From positions 131,432 to 195,431 of the forward strand of contig CAWDUQ010000001.1 in NCBI GenBank assembly GCA_963805495.1: a stretch of 64,000 bases of DNA. The letters run 5' to 3'. Shown one piece after another: positions 9,917-18,484 of this stretch. Below the pieces are notes generated by a model. It made no database searches. It saw nothing but the letters and a program-made list of their open reading frames with translations, and had not been told where the DNA came from. This stretch comes from an uncultured Acidobacteriota bacterium. Lineage in GTDB: Bacteria > Acidobacteriota > Thermoanaerobaculia > UBA5066 > Gp7-AA6. Numbering within the stretch: position 1 is the first letter of the stretch; each line of letters starts with the position of its first letter. Position numbers and translations under genes: made by a program.

Positions 9917-10409
9917 GGCCACACCGATGAAGAACCGCACGACTGTGGAACGGAAGTCCGAGCGTGAAATCGTCGTCACGCGAACTTTCAACGGTCCGGC
10001 GCGCATCGTGTTCGAGGCGTGGACCAAGCCCGAGTTGTTCAAGCAGTGGTGGGTGCCGAAGTCGATGGGAATGTCCCTGCTTTCCTGCGAAATGGATGTT
10101 CGTGTCGGGGGCAGGTACCGTTTGGAGTTCGCACACGGGGACTCACAGGCGGCGTTCTTCGGCACGTACAAGGAAGTAACACCGCACTCGCGCCTCGTCT
10201 GGACCAATGAGGAAAGTGACGAGGGATCCGTCACGACGGTGACCTTCGCGGAAACAGGCGGCAAGACGTTGCTCGTCATGCACGAGCTCTATCCCTCGAA
10301 GGAAGCTCTCGACGCTGCCGGCACCGGAGCTGCGGACGCAATGAGCGAGACGTTCGAGCAACTCGACGAGCTTCTCGTCGTCCTCGGCGCGAGCGTGGGA
10401 CGGTCATGA
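9894..10409 (+). CDS. SRPBCC / Aha1-domain protein (typical ArsR partner)
   Basis: 171 aa, AHSA1-like fold motifs; overlaps arsR stop. Confidence 0.8.
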   Translation: MDARRESEATPMKNRTTVERKSEREIVVTRTFNGPARIVFEAWTKPELFKQWWVPKSMGMSLLSCEMDVRVGGRYRLEFAHGDSQAAFFGTYKEVTPHSRLVWTNEESDEGSVTTVTFAETGGKTLLVMHELYPSKEALDAAGTGAADAMSETFEQLDELLVVLGASVGRS

Positions 10410-10575
10410 ACTCGTCGATCGCGCGGTCGTCGGCTGCCTCGCTGATTGGTCCCGACCTCGATCCCCCGTGGCACACCGTCTGCGAGTGGGCAATCGGTCC
10501 TCACGGCTGACCTCGGCGCGCTGCTCGCCCCGGCCGGCATGGCTCACATGCTGGCCGGGGCTTCCTGAAAGCAGA

Positions 10576-10651
10576 TCGTGCATCGGTCCGCAGCCGGGCC
10601 AAGGGCCGAGGCGAAGCCGAGCAGCGACTCCGCTGCACCCGGGGGTCAGGC
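10576..10651 (-). other. attC: attC site, degenerate (core GTCAGGC)
   Basis: right arm GACTCCGCTGCACCCGGGGGTCAGGC. Confidence 0.5.
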
Positions 10652-10712
10652 CCGGTAGATTCGCGCCGCGCCTCGGTCAATTCGCGGGCGCGACGGCTGG
10701 TAGACTGGCCGT

Positions 10713-11186
10713 ATGAAAACTCGACGCAGCAGGCTCGCTCTAGCCACCTGTCTTCTCTTCGTGACGGGCAGGGCGCTCGCCCAGGATTTGCCGAAGCTCG
10801 TCACCAGGGCGGACGTCGAGAAAGCCGCCCACGCGAAGTTCAAGGATGGCTGGCAGCCGATGCCGACGCAGGTCTCGTTCGCAGAAGATGGCGGCAACCT
10901 GCAGGTCAGCGTGAGCGTCGAGCCCCGTGAAGCGCAAAGCACCGTGCGGACCTGGGAAGCGACAATGAAGAAGATGAAGCCGGGCACCAAGGTCGACACC
11001 GTTCCGGGGCTGGGCAAAGACGCGATCTTCGTCAGCACCCGCCCGGACTCGGGTGCGCTCTATGTCGACTTCGACAAGCCGCTCGTGCAGCTCAACGTCG
11101 GCGTCGCCGGTGCCAAGACCCCCGAGCAAGCAAAGCAGCTCGCCCTCGACCTCGGCAAAGTGATCAGCCCACGGATCGGAAAATAG
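10713..11186 (+). CDS. secreted hypothetical protein (signal peptide)
   Basis: MKTRRSRLALATCLLFVTGRALAQD leader. Confidence 0.55.
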   Translation: MKTRRSRLALATCLLFVTGRALAQDLPKLVTRADVEKAAHAKFKDGWQPMPTQVSFAEDGGNLQVSVSVEPREAQSTVRTWEATMKKMKPGTKVDTVPGLGKDAIFVSTRPDSGALYVDFDKPLVQLNVGVAGAKTPEQAKQLALDLGKVISPRIGK

Positions 11187-11216
11187 TGTCTGGCGCGCAG
11201 GCTGCCGAACCCGCGG

Positions 11217-11678
11217 CTATGCGTCGGCGTACGCTCTTTCCAGTGCCGCCACGTCGAGCTTGACCATCTTCATCATCGCTTCCATCACAGCCTGCACTTT
11301 CTTCCGGTTCTTGTCGCCGATGAGCTCCATGAAGCGTCTCGGGACGATCTGCCAGGTGATGCCGAACTGATCCGTGATCCAGCCACACTGCGATGGGGTT
11401 GCGCCGGCGCTGATGAGCTTGTTCCAGTACTCGTCAACTTCTTCCTGGTCTTTGCAGTCGACAAAGAGCGAGAAACCTTCGGAGAATTTGAAGTACGGGC
11501 CGCCGTTGTAGCCCATGAAGGACTGACCACCGATGACGAATTCGGCGGAAGTGATCGGGCCGTCCTTGCCAGTGCGAGCGACGGTCTTGATCTCAGAGTC
11601 CGGGAACGTGGTGGTGTAGAACGCCATGGCAGCTTCGAGCTGGCCGTTGAACATCAGGAAAGGTGTCACTTTGGTCAT
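11217..11678 (-). CDS. VOC-family (glyoxalase/PhnB-like) protein
   Basis: 153 aa, PhnB/3-demethylubiquinone MT-like domain motifs. Confidence 0.7.
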   Translation of the reverse strand: MTKVTPFLMFNGQLEAAMAFYTTTFPDSEIKTVARTGKDGPITSAEFVIGGQSFMGYNGGPYFKFSEGFSLFVDCKDQEEVDEYWNKLISAGATPSQCGWITDQFGITWQIVPRRFMELIGDKNRKKVQAVMEAMMKMVKLDVAALERAYADA

Positions 11679-11706
11679 CTGTGTGTCTCCTTTGTTTTCG
11701 GTCTCC

Positions 11707-11782
11707 GTCTAACGGTTGGCGGGGCAGCGGCGAGCGCCGTAGCGAAGCGCAGGCGCGAGTCCGCTGCACCCGCGGGTTAGGC
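11707..11782 (-). other. attC: attC site (GTCTAAC)
   Basis: 76-nt. Confidence 0.85.
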
Positions 11783-11785
11783 GCG

Positions 11786-11945
11786 GGATCCAGACTCGCC
11801 ATAACCAAGGAAACAGGCTCCGAAACCGAACCAGAGCACTGAACGGGTGGCACTGGCTGAACGCTGGTTGCCAACGACCGAATCGTACGTCACACGTACC
11901 ACAAAGGGGAGTACGGCGAACGCGCTGTGGACCCTCACCTCTACT
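11786..11945. repeat. 155-bp repeat copy 2
   Basis: paralog of 1063-1216. Confidence 0.7.
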
Positions 11946-12130
11946 CGGGCCGCTACCAGCTGCTCGATATCTCGATCTGTGGCATGCCCAGACGCTCGCG
12001 CCGCATCTATCATCTGCCGCGACTCGAGCGCAGGCAGCTGTTGAATTACCGCAGGAACTCCTACCAAGCCTGTTATCAAGTACAGCGCCGCAGTCACCCC
12101 GAATGACCACAGGAGCTTGCGCCTCATCAT
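11945..12130 (-). CDS. small membrane-anchored protein, 3' part runs into 155-bp repeat
   Basis: N-terminal TM helix; ORF continues through repeat. Confidence 0.3.
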
Positions 12131-12141
12131 CGCTTTCCTGC

Positions 12142-12217
12142 GCCTAACGGGCGGCGGGTCAGCGGCGAGCGCCGTAGCGAAGCGCAGGCGCGAGTCCGCT
12201 GCACCCGCGGGTTAGGC
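12142..12217 (-). other. attC: attC site
   Basis: 76-nt. Confidence 0.85.
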
Positions 12218-12454
12218 GGCCACGTGAAGTTTGTCGTACAAGAACTCCGGTGCGAAGTCCGCGCCGTTGGGCCATGAGACTGTTCCGAGGTCGCGCGAAA
12301 CCACAAAGCGACGAAAGTAGTCTCGGTCCCGAAGCGGTTCGAAAACTGGTCCGTAGAGGTCGGCTGAGAGATCCACCTCGCCGCTCACGCCATCCTCGAA
12401 CTTCAACCAGATCGTGTAGTCTCTGATGTACCTAGCTTCCACGACGTCAACCAT
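12212..12454 (-). CDS. DUF2442-family protein (putative TA component)
   Basis: 80 aa; recurrent pairing with DUF4160. Confidence 0.7.
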   Translation of the reverse strand: MVDVVEARYIRDYTIWLKFEDGVSGEVDLSADLYGPVFEPLRDRDYFRRFVVSRDLGTVSWPNGADFAPEFLYDKLHVAA

Positions 12455-12458
12455 CTCT

Positions 12459-12800
12459 CTACTCCAAAGGTCGTATCGCCTTCAGCTCACGTCCCTCATG
12501 CGCCAGACGCCAGTTCTCGGCCAGTTCCTGGCGATGCAAACTCCACCATTCCATCACGTGACCCAACGCACGCGGCGGGAAGTCTCCCTCCACCGCACCG
12601 TCCGCGATTCGCACGGTCACTTTGTGCCCCGAGTATCGAGCGTGAAAATGGGCGGGCTCGTGCTCCCGGTGGTACATCGTGATCACGATTCCGAGAAACC
12701 GGCAAATCTCCGGCACCTGCAAATCGTAACCCGATGCACCCGGGCCGCCCAATAGGCGGAGAGCCGACGACTCCCAAGCATCCGTGGTCAGGCGCCCCAT
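12459..12800 (-). CDS. DUF4160-family protein
   Basis: 113 aa. Confidence 0.7.
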   Translation of the reverse strand: MGRLTTDAWESSALRLLGGPGASGYDLQVPEICRFLGIVITMYHREHEPAHFHARYSGHKVTVRIADGAVEGDFPPRALGHVMEWWSLHRQELAENWRLAHEGRELKAIRPLE

Positions 12801-13012
12801 TCCTTGCCAGCCGTGTCACCTGCAGCCCGGTGAATCCGCCGAACCTCTGATGCCTTGTGCGCGCCCAGCCCATCCATCTTGCTGGTTGAGTTCCCAACGA
12901 CCTTCTGAGGCTTGCACATGCCGTGGCGAGCTCCGCCCGCACGCTGCTTCTTAGCCCTTCCGCGCTTGTGGTGCACGTTGAGACTCTAGGCCCACATCCG
13001 TGGCCTGGGGCC

Positions 13013-13130
13013 GCCTAACGGGTGGCGGGTCAGCTGCGGGCGCCCAACCGCCACCAGGTCCCTTGACTCACCACAGCGTCCCTTCCGCCATTTCTGCATG
13101 GCGACCGTCAGCTGCACCCGCGGGTTAGGC
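13013..13130 (-). other. attC: attC site, long class (118 nt)
   Basis: GCCTAACGGGTGGCGGGTCAGCTGCGGGCGCC...GTCAGCTGCACCCGCGGGTTAGGC. Confidence 0.85.
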
Positions 13131-13409
13131 GCCCTTTGATAGCTCACGCTGCAGCCGCTCGGCTAGAAATTGCTTCAGCAGGGACTGATACGGAATGTCG
13201 CGCTTGTTGGCCAGGACCTTGAGGTGACCAATCATCGACTCGGGGAGCCTCAGGGAAATTGTGCGAAGCGTCGGTCTTAGACTCGGGAAGGCCCGACGCT
13301 GAGCACCGCTCCAGTCCACAAAGTCAGCCGAGTCGTGCTCAGCCCAGAAGCTGCGCTCCTGCTCCTCTGTTTCGAACGTCGGAAGCTGCTTACGCTTTGC
13401 TTTGCTCAT
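13125..13409 (-). CDS. brnA: BrnA-type antitoxin (CopG/RHH)
   Basis: 94 aa. Confidence 0.75.
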   Translation of the reverse strand: MSKAKRKQLPTFETEEQERSFWAEHDSADFVDWSGAQRRAFPSLRPTLRTISLRLPESMIGHLKVLANKRDIPYQSLLKQFLAERLQRELSKGA

Positions 13410-13698
13410 AGGTCTGTAGTTCCTTTCGCGTCATGTCGCGTGCCGAGATCACTCGGATGAGTGACTTGCGGACCGTGAAGCTGATGAAGAGCCGGCGCCC
13501 AGAGTCCGCTTGCCCAAGCGCGAAGTGCCGAGATTCAGAAGCTGAGTGCTCGCGATCTGGTGAGACAACCAGCGGCTCGTTAAAGAAGACCTCCTCGGCC
13601 TCCCAAAACGGCACGCGGTGGCGTTCCCAGTTCTTCTCGAGGTTGCCCTCATCCCAATCAAAGCCGGTGCAGCCAGCCAGGAGGTCATCCGCCGCCAC
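13390..13698 (-). CDS. brnT: BrnT-type toxin (DUF497)
   Basis: 102 aa, overlaps brnA. Confidence 0.75.
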   Translation of the reverse strand: MAADDLLAGCTGFDWDEGNLEKNWERHRVPFWEAEEVFFNEPLVVSPDREHSASESRHFALGQADSGRRLFISFTVRKSLIRVISARDMTRKELQTYEQSKA

Positions 13699-13705
13699 GG
13701 TCGAA

Positions 13706-13724
13706 GTATATGTCAGACATATAC
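13706..13724 (-). promoter_or_regulatory. perfect palindrome GTATATGTCAGACATATAC upstream of brnTA, candidate operator
   Basis: 9-1-9 dyad 8 nt upstream of brnT start. Confidence 0.45.
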
Positions 13725-13747
13725 GCCAAGCAAGACCCTAAAGAGGC

Positions 13748-13826
13748 GCCTAACGGGTGGCTGGTCAGCGGCGAGCGAGCCCGAGCAGAGCGAGGGACGC
13801 GAGTCCGCTGCACGCGCATGTTAGGC
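13748..13826 (-). other. attC: attC site (79 nt)
   Basis: GCCTAAC...GTTAGGC. Confidence 0.8.
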
Positions 13827-13888
13827 CGCCGCCTAGCTGGCAGCGGTCGGTCGGAACCCCAAGCGGCGGGAGCAATCGGACGGTGGCA

Positions 13889-14791
13889 TCACGGCCCGTC
13901 CGTCGACTCGAAGAACTCTTTGGTATCGGGACGACTGAATGGGTTGCGAAAGAACGTTTCAACGGTCAGATTGAACAACGCGGGGTCCTGCCAAGGAATC
14001 ATGTGGGTCGCTGCAGGGAAGATGCGGAGCTGTGCCTTTGGGAGATCATGAAATATCTGCAACGTGTGAGCATCCCGTATCACATCCTTGTCGCCCGCCA
14101 TTACCAGCGTCGGTGCAGACACGCTCTTTAGTTTCTCGGCCGGAATATTCGGTTGCTTCCCCAGCAGATCCAATTGCTGCTTGTAGACCGACCACGGCTG
14201 GGACGTATCGGCCTTCTTAATCATCGCATCCACTAGCCTCTCCTGCCTTGCGACCCAGGCACGGGCCCAATCATAGGCCCCACTGGGATTCAGATTGGCA
14301 CCCATGATGGCCAATTTCGCCACCTTGTCCGGATGGTTGATGGCAAGCAGCAGACCGACAATCCCGCCGTCACTCCACCCCAGCACGTACACGTCTTTCA
14401 AGCCCAGTGCTTGCAGCAAGGCGTTGGCGTCTTCAGCCATCTGCTCGTAGGTCAAGCGCCCGGCCCCCATTTCGCTCTTTCCATGACCTCGACTGTCAGC
14501 TGCGACGACTTGGTATTGCTCGGAGAAGAACTTGATCTGATTGCCCATGGCGGAAATGCTTTGTCCGTTGCCGTGAATCTGTAACATCGCTGGACCCTTG
14601 CCATAGGTCTCAAGGTAGAGCTTGATCCCGTTGAGCTCTTGGAATCGGCCGGTGGATTCGTTGCTGCCGTAGGGAGGGTCAAACGTGGGCGGTGTCAGCG
14701 GCTCAGAGTTCACCGATCCAGACGAAACGTTGAGCAGGCTCGGCGCCAACAACAGAGTCCAGAGTGGGTTCCGGCTCCTTGGAGCTCTCAT
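13889..14791 (-). CDS. alpha/beta-hydrolase, secreted
   Basis: 300 aa, signal peptide, GWSDG nucleophile elbow. Confidence 0.8.
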   Translation of the reverse strand: MRAPRSRNPLWTLLLAPSLLNVSSGSVNSEPLTPPTFDPPYGSNESTGRFQELNGIKLYLETYGKGPAMLQIHGNGQSISAMGNQIKFFSEQYQVVAADSRGHGKSEMGAGRLTYEQMAEDANALLQALGLKDVYVLGWSDGGIVGLLLAINHPDKVAKLAIMGANLNPSGAYDWARAWVARQERLVDAMIKKADTSQPWSVYKQQLDLLGKQPNIPAEKLKSVSAPTLVMAGDKDVIRDAHTLQIFHDLPKAQLRIFPAATHMIPWQDPALFNLTVETFFRNPFSRPDTKEFFESTDGP

Positions 14792-14829
14792 CTTCCTCCC
14801 TAAATGAGGTTGTCGACCGTTTTCCAGCG

Positions 14830-14905
14830 GCCTAACGGGTGGCGGGTCAGCGGCGAGCTCCGAGGCGAAGCCGAGGCGCGAGTCCGCTGCACCCGCGGGT
14901 TAGGC
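14830..14905 (-). other. attC: attC site
   Basis: 76-nt. Confidence 0.85.
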
Positions 14906-14927
14906 CGCGGCCTGCACGCCGATTGAC

Positions 14928-14948
14928 AATATGTCAGACCTGACATAT
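14928..14948 (+). promoter_or_regulatory. palindrome AATATGTCAGACCTGACATATT upstream of higBA-like operon
   Basis: 9-3-9 dyad 13 nt upstream of ATG; half-site similar to brnTA operator. Confidence 0.45.
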
Positions 14949-14961
14949 TCTCGACTCGGCA

Positions 14962-15291
14962 ATGGAGAAACCGCTCGCATGGCTAAAGGGCGAGATCAAG
15001 ACTCCCCCATTCTCCTCCGAGGCTCGGACCGAGGCCGGGTTCCTTCTGCGCAGGCTGCAGCAAGGCGAACGGCTGAGCCTTCCACAGTCCCGGCCCATGC
15101 CAACGGTCGGACCCCGTTGCCACGAGCTGAGGATCAGGGACCGTGAACAGACCTGGCGAATCGTTTATCGGATCGACCCGGATGCCATCTTGATCCTGGA
15201 GATCTTCGGCAAGAAGACCCCGGCGACACCCAAGGGCGTCATCGGCGACTGCAGACGGCGATTGAGGCTCTATGACGAACACGTGAGGTAG
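14962..15291 (+). CDS. HigB-like (RelE/Gp49 superfamily) toxin
   Basis: 109 aa, followed by HTH antitoxin. Confidence 0.65.
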   Translation: MEKPLAWLKGEIKTPPFSSEARTEAGFLLRRLQQGERLSLPQSRPMPTVGPRCHELRIRDREQTWRIVYRIDPDAILILEIFGKKTPATPKGVIGDCRRRLRLYDEHVR

Positions 15292-15295
15292 CGAG

Positions 15296-15628
15296 ATGAA
15301 GAAGGAAAAGAGAAAGAAGCTCGAGGCTGCCGGCTGGAAGGTTGGTACCGCAAGCCAACTGCTGGGACTCTCAAAGGAGGAGGCAGAACTCGTTGAGCTC
15401 AAGCTCGCGCTCGCCCAGGGGCTGCGCCTGCGACGGGAGGCTCGCCGACTCACCCAGGGACGACTTGCGAAACTCATTGGCTCCAGCCAGTCCCGCGTGG
15501 CCAAGATGGAGGCTGCGGATTCAACGGTGACTTTGGATCTCCTCTTGCGGTCATTGCTAGCCACCGGCGCGACAAGGCGCGAACTCGCGAAGATCATTCA
15601 GCGGCCAACTCGATCCAGCGCGGCCTAA
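15296..15628 (+). CDS. XRE-family HTH antitoxin (HigA-like)
   Basis: 110 aa. Confidence 0.7.
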   Translation: MKKEKRKKLEAAGWKVGTASQLLGLSKEEAELVELKLALAQGLRLRREARRLTQGRLAKLIGSSQSRVAKMEAADSTVTLDLLLRSLLATGATRRELAKIIQRPTRSSAA

Positions 15629-15698
15629 CGGGCGGCGGGTCAGCGGCGAGCGACGATCCGAAGGCGAGGAACGAGTCCGCTGCACCCGCGGGTTAGGC
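15623..15698 (-). other. attC: attC site
   Basis: 76-nt. Confidence 0.85.
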
Positions 15699-15708
15699 GG
15701 CAGCGCCG

Positions 15709-16158
15709 TCACAATTCCTTCCGATAGCACTGGATCCTCCCGACATCAGTGAAGCCGATTGCCCGGTGGGCTGCGATTCCTAAGGTGTTTCCAGGTTGCG
15801 TGTCCGATGCAAACTCTTTGCAGCCCTTAGCCCGAGCCCATTTCTCTGCGGCCTCGACCAAGGCCCTTCCCACGCCTTGCCTTCGTGCCTCTGGCATGAC
15901 AAACCAGCCCTCGAGATACGCCACTCGGTTGGTTCGGCAACCCTCCGCACAGGGCCGAATCGAAAGCTCAGCGATACCGACTTGCCGACCGGCTTGGTCC
16001 TCAGCAATGAGGACAGCCAGCGGCTCTCGCGCGCGGCCGGAGAGGAATTCCTCTATTTCCTCGCCATGTTCGCCTTCCGAACTATCGGGCCACAGAGCCT
16101 GGCGCAGCTTTAGCCACGCTCCCGCGTCTCTTCGCTCGACCGGCCGCACATCAATCAC
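15709..16158 (-). CDS. GNAT acetyltransferase, AAC(6')-I-like (possible aminoglycoside 6'-N-acetyltransferase)
   Basis: 149 aa, motifs RRQGVGRALV, DTQPGN, AIGF similar to AAC(6')-Iy/Iz group. Confidence 0.7.
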   Translation of the reverse strand: MIDVRPVERRDAGAWLKLRQALWPDSSEGEHGEEIEEFLSGRAREPLAVLIAEDQAGRQVGIAELSIRPCAEGCRTNRVAYLEGWFVMPEARRQGVGRALVEAAEKWARAKGCKEFASDTQPGNTLGIAAHRAIGFTDVGRIQCYRKEL

Positions 16159-16166
16159 CTTCTGCC

Positions 16167-16242
16167 GCCTAACGCGTGGCGGGTCAGCGGCGAGCGCCGT
16201 AGCGAAGCGTAGGCGCGAGTCCGCTGCACCCGCGGGTTAGGC
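16167..16242 (-). other. attC: attC site
   Basis: 76-nt. Confidence 0.85.
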
Positions 16243-16261
16243 GGCGGCGATCGATCGCCGT

Positions 16262-16516
16262 TCAGCGAATGATGCGTTCGTACTCCGCGTGGGTACCGAT
16301 CCAGAACCAAATGATAGCGTCCGCGGCGTCGACTCCCACAGCTCGATACGACCGCCCGACACGAACCGACCAGAATTGCCCGAGCCGCTTGAAGTGAAGA
16401 GAGGGATGGTAAGGATTTGACTGGAGCAGGCCGTAATTCTTGCGTGCCAACTCCTGGACGTCGGCTGGCAGGCTCTCCAGACTCGCCCAGAACCGAGACG
16501 TTGCGAGGTGCTTCAA
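16262..16516 (-). CDS. parE: ParE/RelE-family toxin
   Basis: 84 aa. Confidence 0.75.
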   Translation of the reverse strand: MKHLATSRFWASLESLPADVQELARKNYGLLQSNPYHPSLHFKRLGQFWSVRVGRSYRAVGVDAADAIIWFWIGTHAEYERIIR

Positions 16517-16719
16517 ATCTCCTTGGTGTCGCCCCGCCTGTGTTCGGCCAGAGCCTCCGCCGCAAGACGATCAAGCTTTCCCGCCTTCGCATCGGCTTCC
16601 ATCTGCCGATCCCAAGCGTCTGCATCGTATTTCGCGAACCAATCGCGAAACGTCGCAAGCTCCTCAGCCGACAACTTCTCGACCTCACGCTCGAGAGTCT
16701 CAACCTTGCTCATGTCCAA
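16513..16719 (-). CDS. addiction-module antitoxin (ParD-like)
   Basis: 68 aa, overlaps toxin start. Confidence 0.65.
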   Translation of the reverse strand: MDMSKVETLEREVEKLSAEELATFRDWFAKYDADAWDRQMEADAKAGKLDRLAAEALAEHRRGDTKEI

Positions 16720-16773
16720 ATGATACCAAGCAACAAGTCTGCCTGCCCATCACGGGTTCAGAGCGCTTCCGCG

Positions 16774-16849
16774 GCCTAACGGGTGGCGGGTCAGCGGCGA
16801 GTGAGGAGGCGAAGCCGACGAACGAGTCCGCTGCACCCGCGGGTAAAGC
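16774..16849 (-). other. attC: attC site with mutated core (GTAAAGC)
   Basis: 76-nt. Confidence 0.7.
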
Positions 16850-16852
16850 GGC

Positions 16853-17116
16853 CTATCGATACACGTCTTTGCGATCAGCGACTCGCACGACGAGCACCAG
16901 CAGTTCGGCATCAGCGATTGAGTACACGATGCGATATCGGCCGACTCGGATCCGGTAACGGTCTTCCTGCCCCGCCAGCTTCTCGCACCCGACCGGCCGC
17001 GGCTCTTCAGCCAGCGCGAGAATGTTCGCCACGATGCGTTGCCTGTCTTTCTTATGGTCAACGGCCTCGATCTCCTTGGCCGCGGACGGCTTGATCAGGA
17101 CGCTATAGCTTGCCAC
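16853..17116 (-). CDS. relE: RelE/ParE-family toxin
   Basis: 87 aa. Confidence 0.8.
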   Translation of the reverse strand: MASYSVLIKPSAAKEIEAVDHKKDRQRIVANILALAEEPRPVGCEKLAGQEDRYRIRVGRYRIVYSIADAELLVLVVRVADRKDVYR

Positions 17117-17345
17117 GCCGCTTGAGAGCCTTCACGAACTGCTCAAAATCGAGATTCGGCTCCCGCTTGCGCTTCTCGAACGCCTCCAGGTCCTCGACAT
17201 CCTCGGCCAGTGACAGTTTCACGGCGTCGTTGACCATGTCGGATATCGACTTGTCGGACGTCGCAGCCTTGAGCCGCAGGGCCCGGTGGATCTCCGGTTC
17301 GAAGTACACGGTGGCTCGCTTAGCGTCGCTACTCATGAACGACAT
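17103..17345 (-). CDS. relB: RHH antitoxin (RelB/DinJ-like)
   Basis: 80 aa. Confidence 0.7.
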   Translation of the reverse strand: MSFMSSDAKRATVYFEPEIHRALRLKAATSDKSISDMVNDAVKLSLAEDVEDLEAFEKRKREPNLDFEQFVKALKRRGKL

Positions 17346-17354
17346 GTTAGCGCT

Positions 17355-17372
17355 TTGACGTTAAGACGTCAA
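17355..17372 (-). promoter_or_regulatory. palindrome TTGACGTTAAGACGTCAA upstream of relBE, candidate operator
   Basis: 8-2-8 dyad 10 nt upstream of relB start. Confidence 0.45.
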
Positions 17373-17385
17373 GCTGCCCAGAGCC

Positions 17386-17461
17386 GCCTAACGGGTGGCG
17401 GGTCAGCGGCGAGGCCCGACGCGAAGCGGAGGGCCGAGTCCGCTGCACCCGCGGGTTAGGC
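17386..17461 (-). other. attC: attC site
   Basis: 76-nt. Confidence 0.85.
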
Positions 17462-17513
17462 GGCCTATCAATGCGTGTACCAGAGGGAGCGATTCGCATC
17501 TCGTTCAGGCAGT

Positions 17514-17930
17514 TCATTTTTCGAAGAAAAGCGCAATGGTGTCGGCCGGCCAGTCCATCGCCCGATTCGTCCCCTTGTCCACGCATGCCACGATCATGAG
17601 GCAGCGCGAAACGCTCTTGCCAGCCTCATCGACCATAGTGCACTCGATGTGCGCATCGGGTCCACGGAACTCGCGCACGAACGACGTGATCGTAATCTTC
17701 TGGTCTCCGACGGCAGGCTGTACAAAGTCGACTTCCATCCTTCGGACCCAGGCCATGAACGGCAGCTTCGCAAGGGTCTTCAAATCCCAGCCGCAATACT
17801 CACGTAGGCCGTTCATCCGATGATCAACGTAGTAGCCCGAATAGACCGCAGTACGGAGATGATTGTAAGGATCGAGCTCGGAGAACTTGATCCTGTGCGT
17901 GCTCTTGAAGACTACTGGTGTCTTCGGCAT
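17514..17930 (-). CDS. hotdog-fold acyl-CoA thioesterase (YbgC/4HBT-like)
   Basis: 138 aa; identical paralog at 20021..20437. Confidence 0.7.
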   Translation of the reverse strand: MPKTPVVFKSTHRIKFSELDPYNHLRTAVYSGYYVDHRMNGLREYCGWDLKTLAKLPFMAWVRRMEVDFVQPAVGDQKITITSFVREFRGPDAHIECTMVDEAGKSVSRCLMIVACVDKGTNRAMDWPADTIALFFEK

Positions 17931-18056
17931 TCGGTTCCTTTATGTCTCGCGGCAGCCGCTGCTGGTGGGGCGACGCGCTACGAGCCCCGCACGCCGCTGG
18001 CTGGCATTAGCCAGACCTGCAAGGACGCGCCGAGCAGCCACCTTGGTGATCTGGCC

Positions 18057-18132
18057 GCCTAACGGGTGGCGGGTCAGCGGCGAGCGCCGTAGCGAAGCGT
18101 AGGCGCGAGTCCGCTGCACCCGCGGGTTAGGC
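18057..18132 (-). other. attC: attC site
   Basis: 76-nt. Confidence 0.85.
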
Positions 18133-18142
18133 GGCCCTTGCA

Positions 18143-18478
18143 TCAAGGCTCTAGAAGCGCGCCGAGCTTGCCAAGGACTTCATCCTTCGCGTCGGCAGGA
18201 AGGCGGCCTGCAAACTCCGCCTCTCGCGCGCGCCAATCCAAGCTCTTGACCTGATCAGCAAGAACGACCCCACCAACCGAAAGACCCTCCGGTACCGAAA
18301 CTTCAAAGGGATAACCCTTCACTTGACTCGTGATCGGACAGAACAGGCCGAGACCGACCTTTCCGTTGTACGACTTGGGCGATACGACAACGGCCGGTCT
18401 GCGCCCCGCCTGCTCGTGGCCAGCTTGAGGATTCAGGCTGATCCAAACGATGTCGCCGCGCTCGGGCACGTACGGCAT
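18143..18478 (-). CDS. mazF: MazF/PemK endoribonuclease toxin
   Basis: 111 aa. Confidence 0.9.
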   Translation of the reverse strand: MPYVPERGDIVWISLNPQAGHEQAGRRPAVVVSPKSYNGKVGLGLFCPITSQVKGYPFEVSVPEGLSVGGVVLADQVKSLDWRAREAEFAGRLPADAKDEVLGKLGALLEP

Positions 18479-18484
18479 CTGTGC

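Noticed and set aside
11193-11232. A possible minimal attC between the 10713 (+) and 11217 (-) ORFs (GTCTGGCGCGCAGGCTGCCGAACCCGCGGCTATGC)
   Set aside because: It is only about 40 nt with weak similarity to the two attC arms and overlaps the VOC gene stop. It is too short and degenerate to call, and could be a fused remnant of two cassettes.
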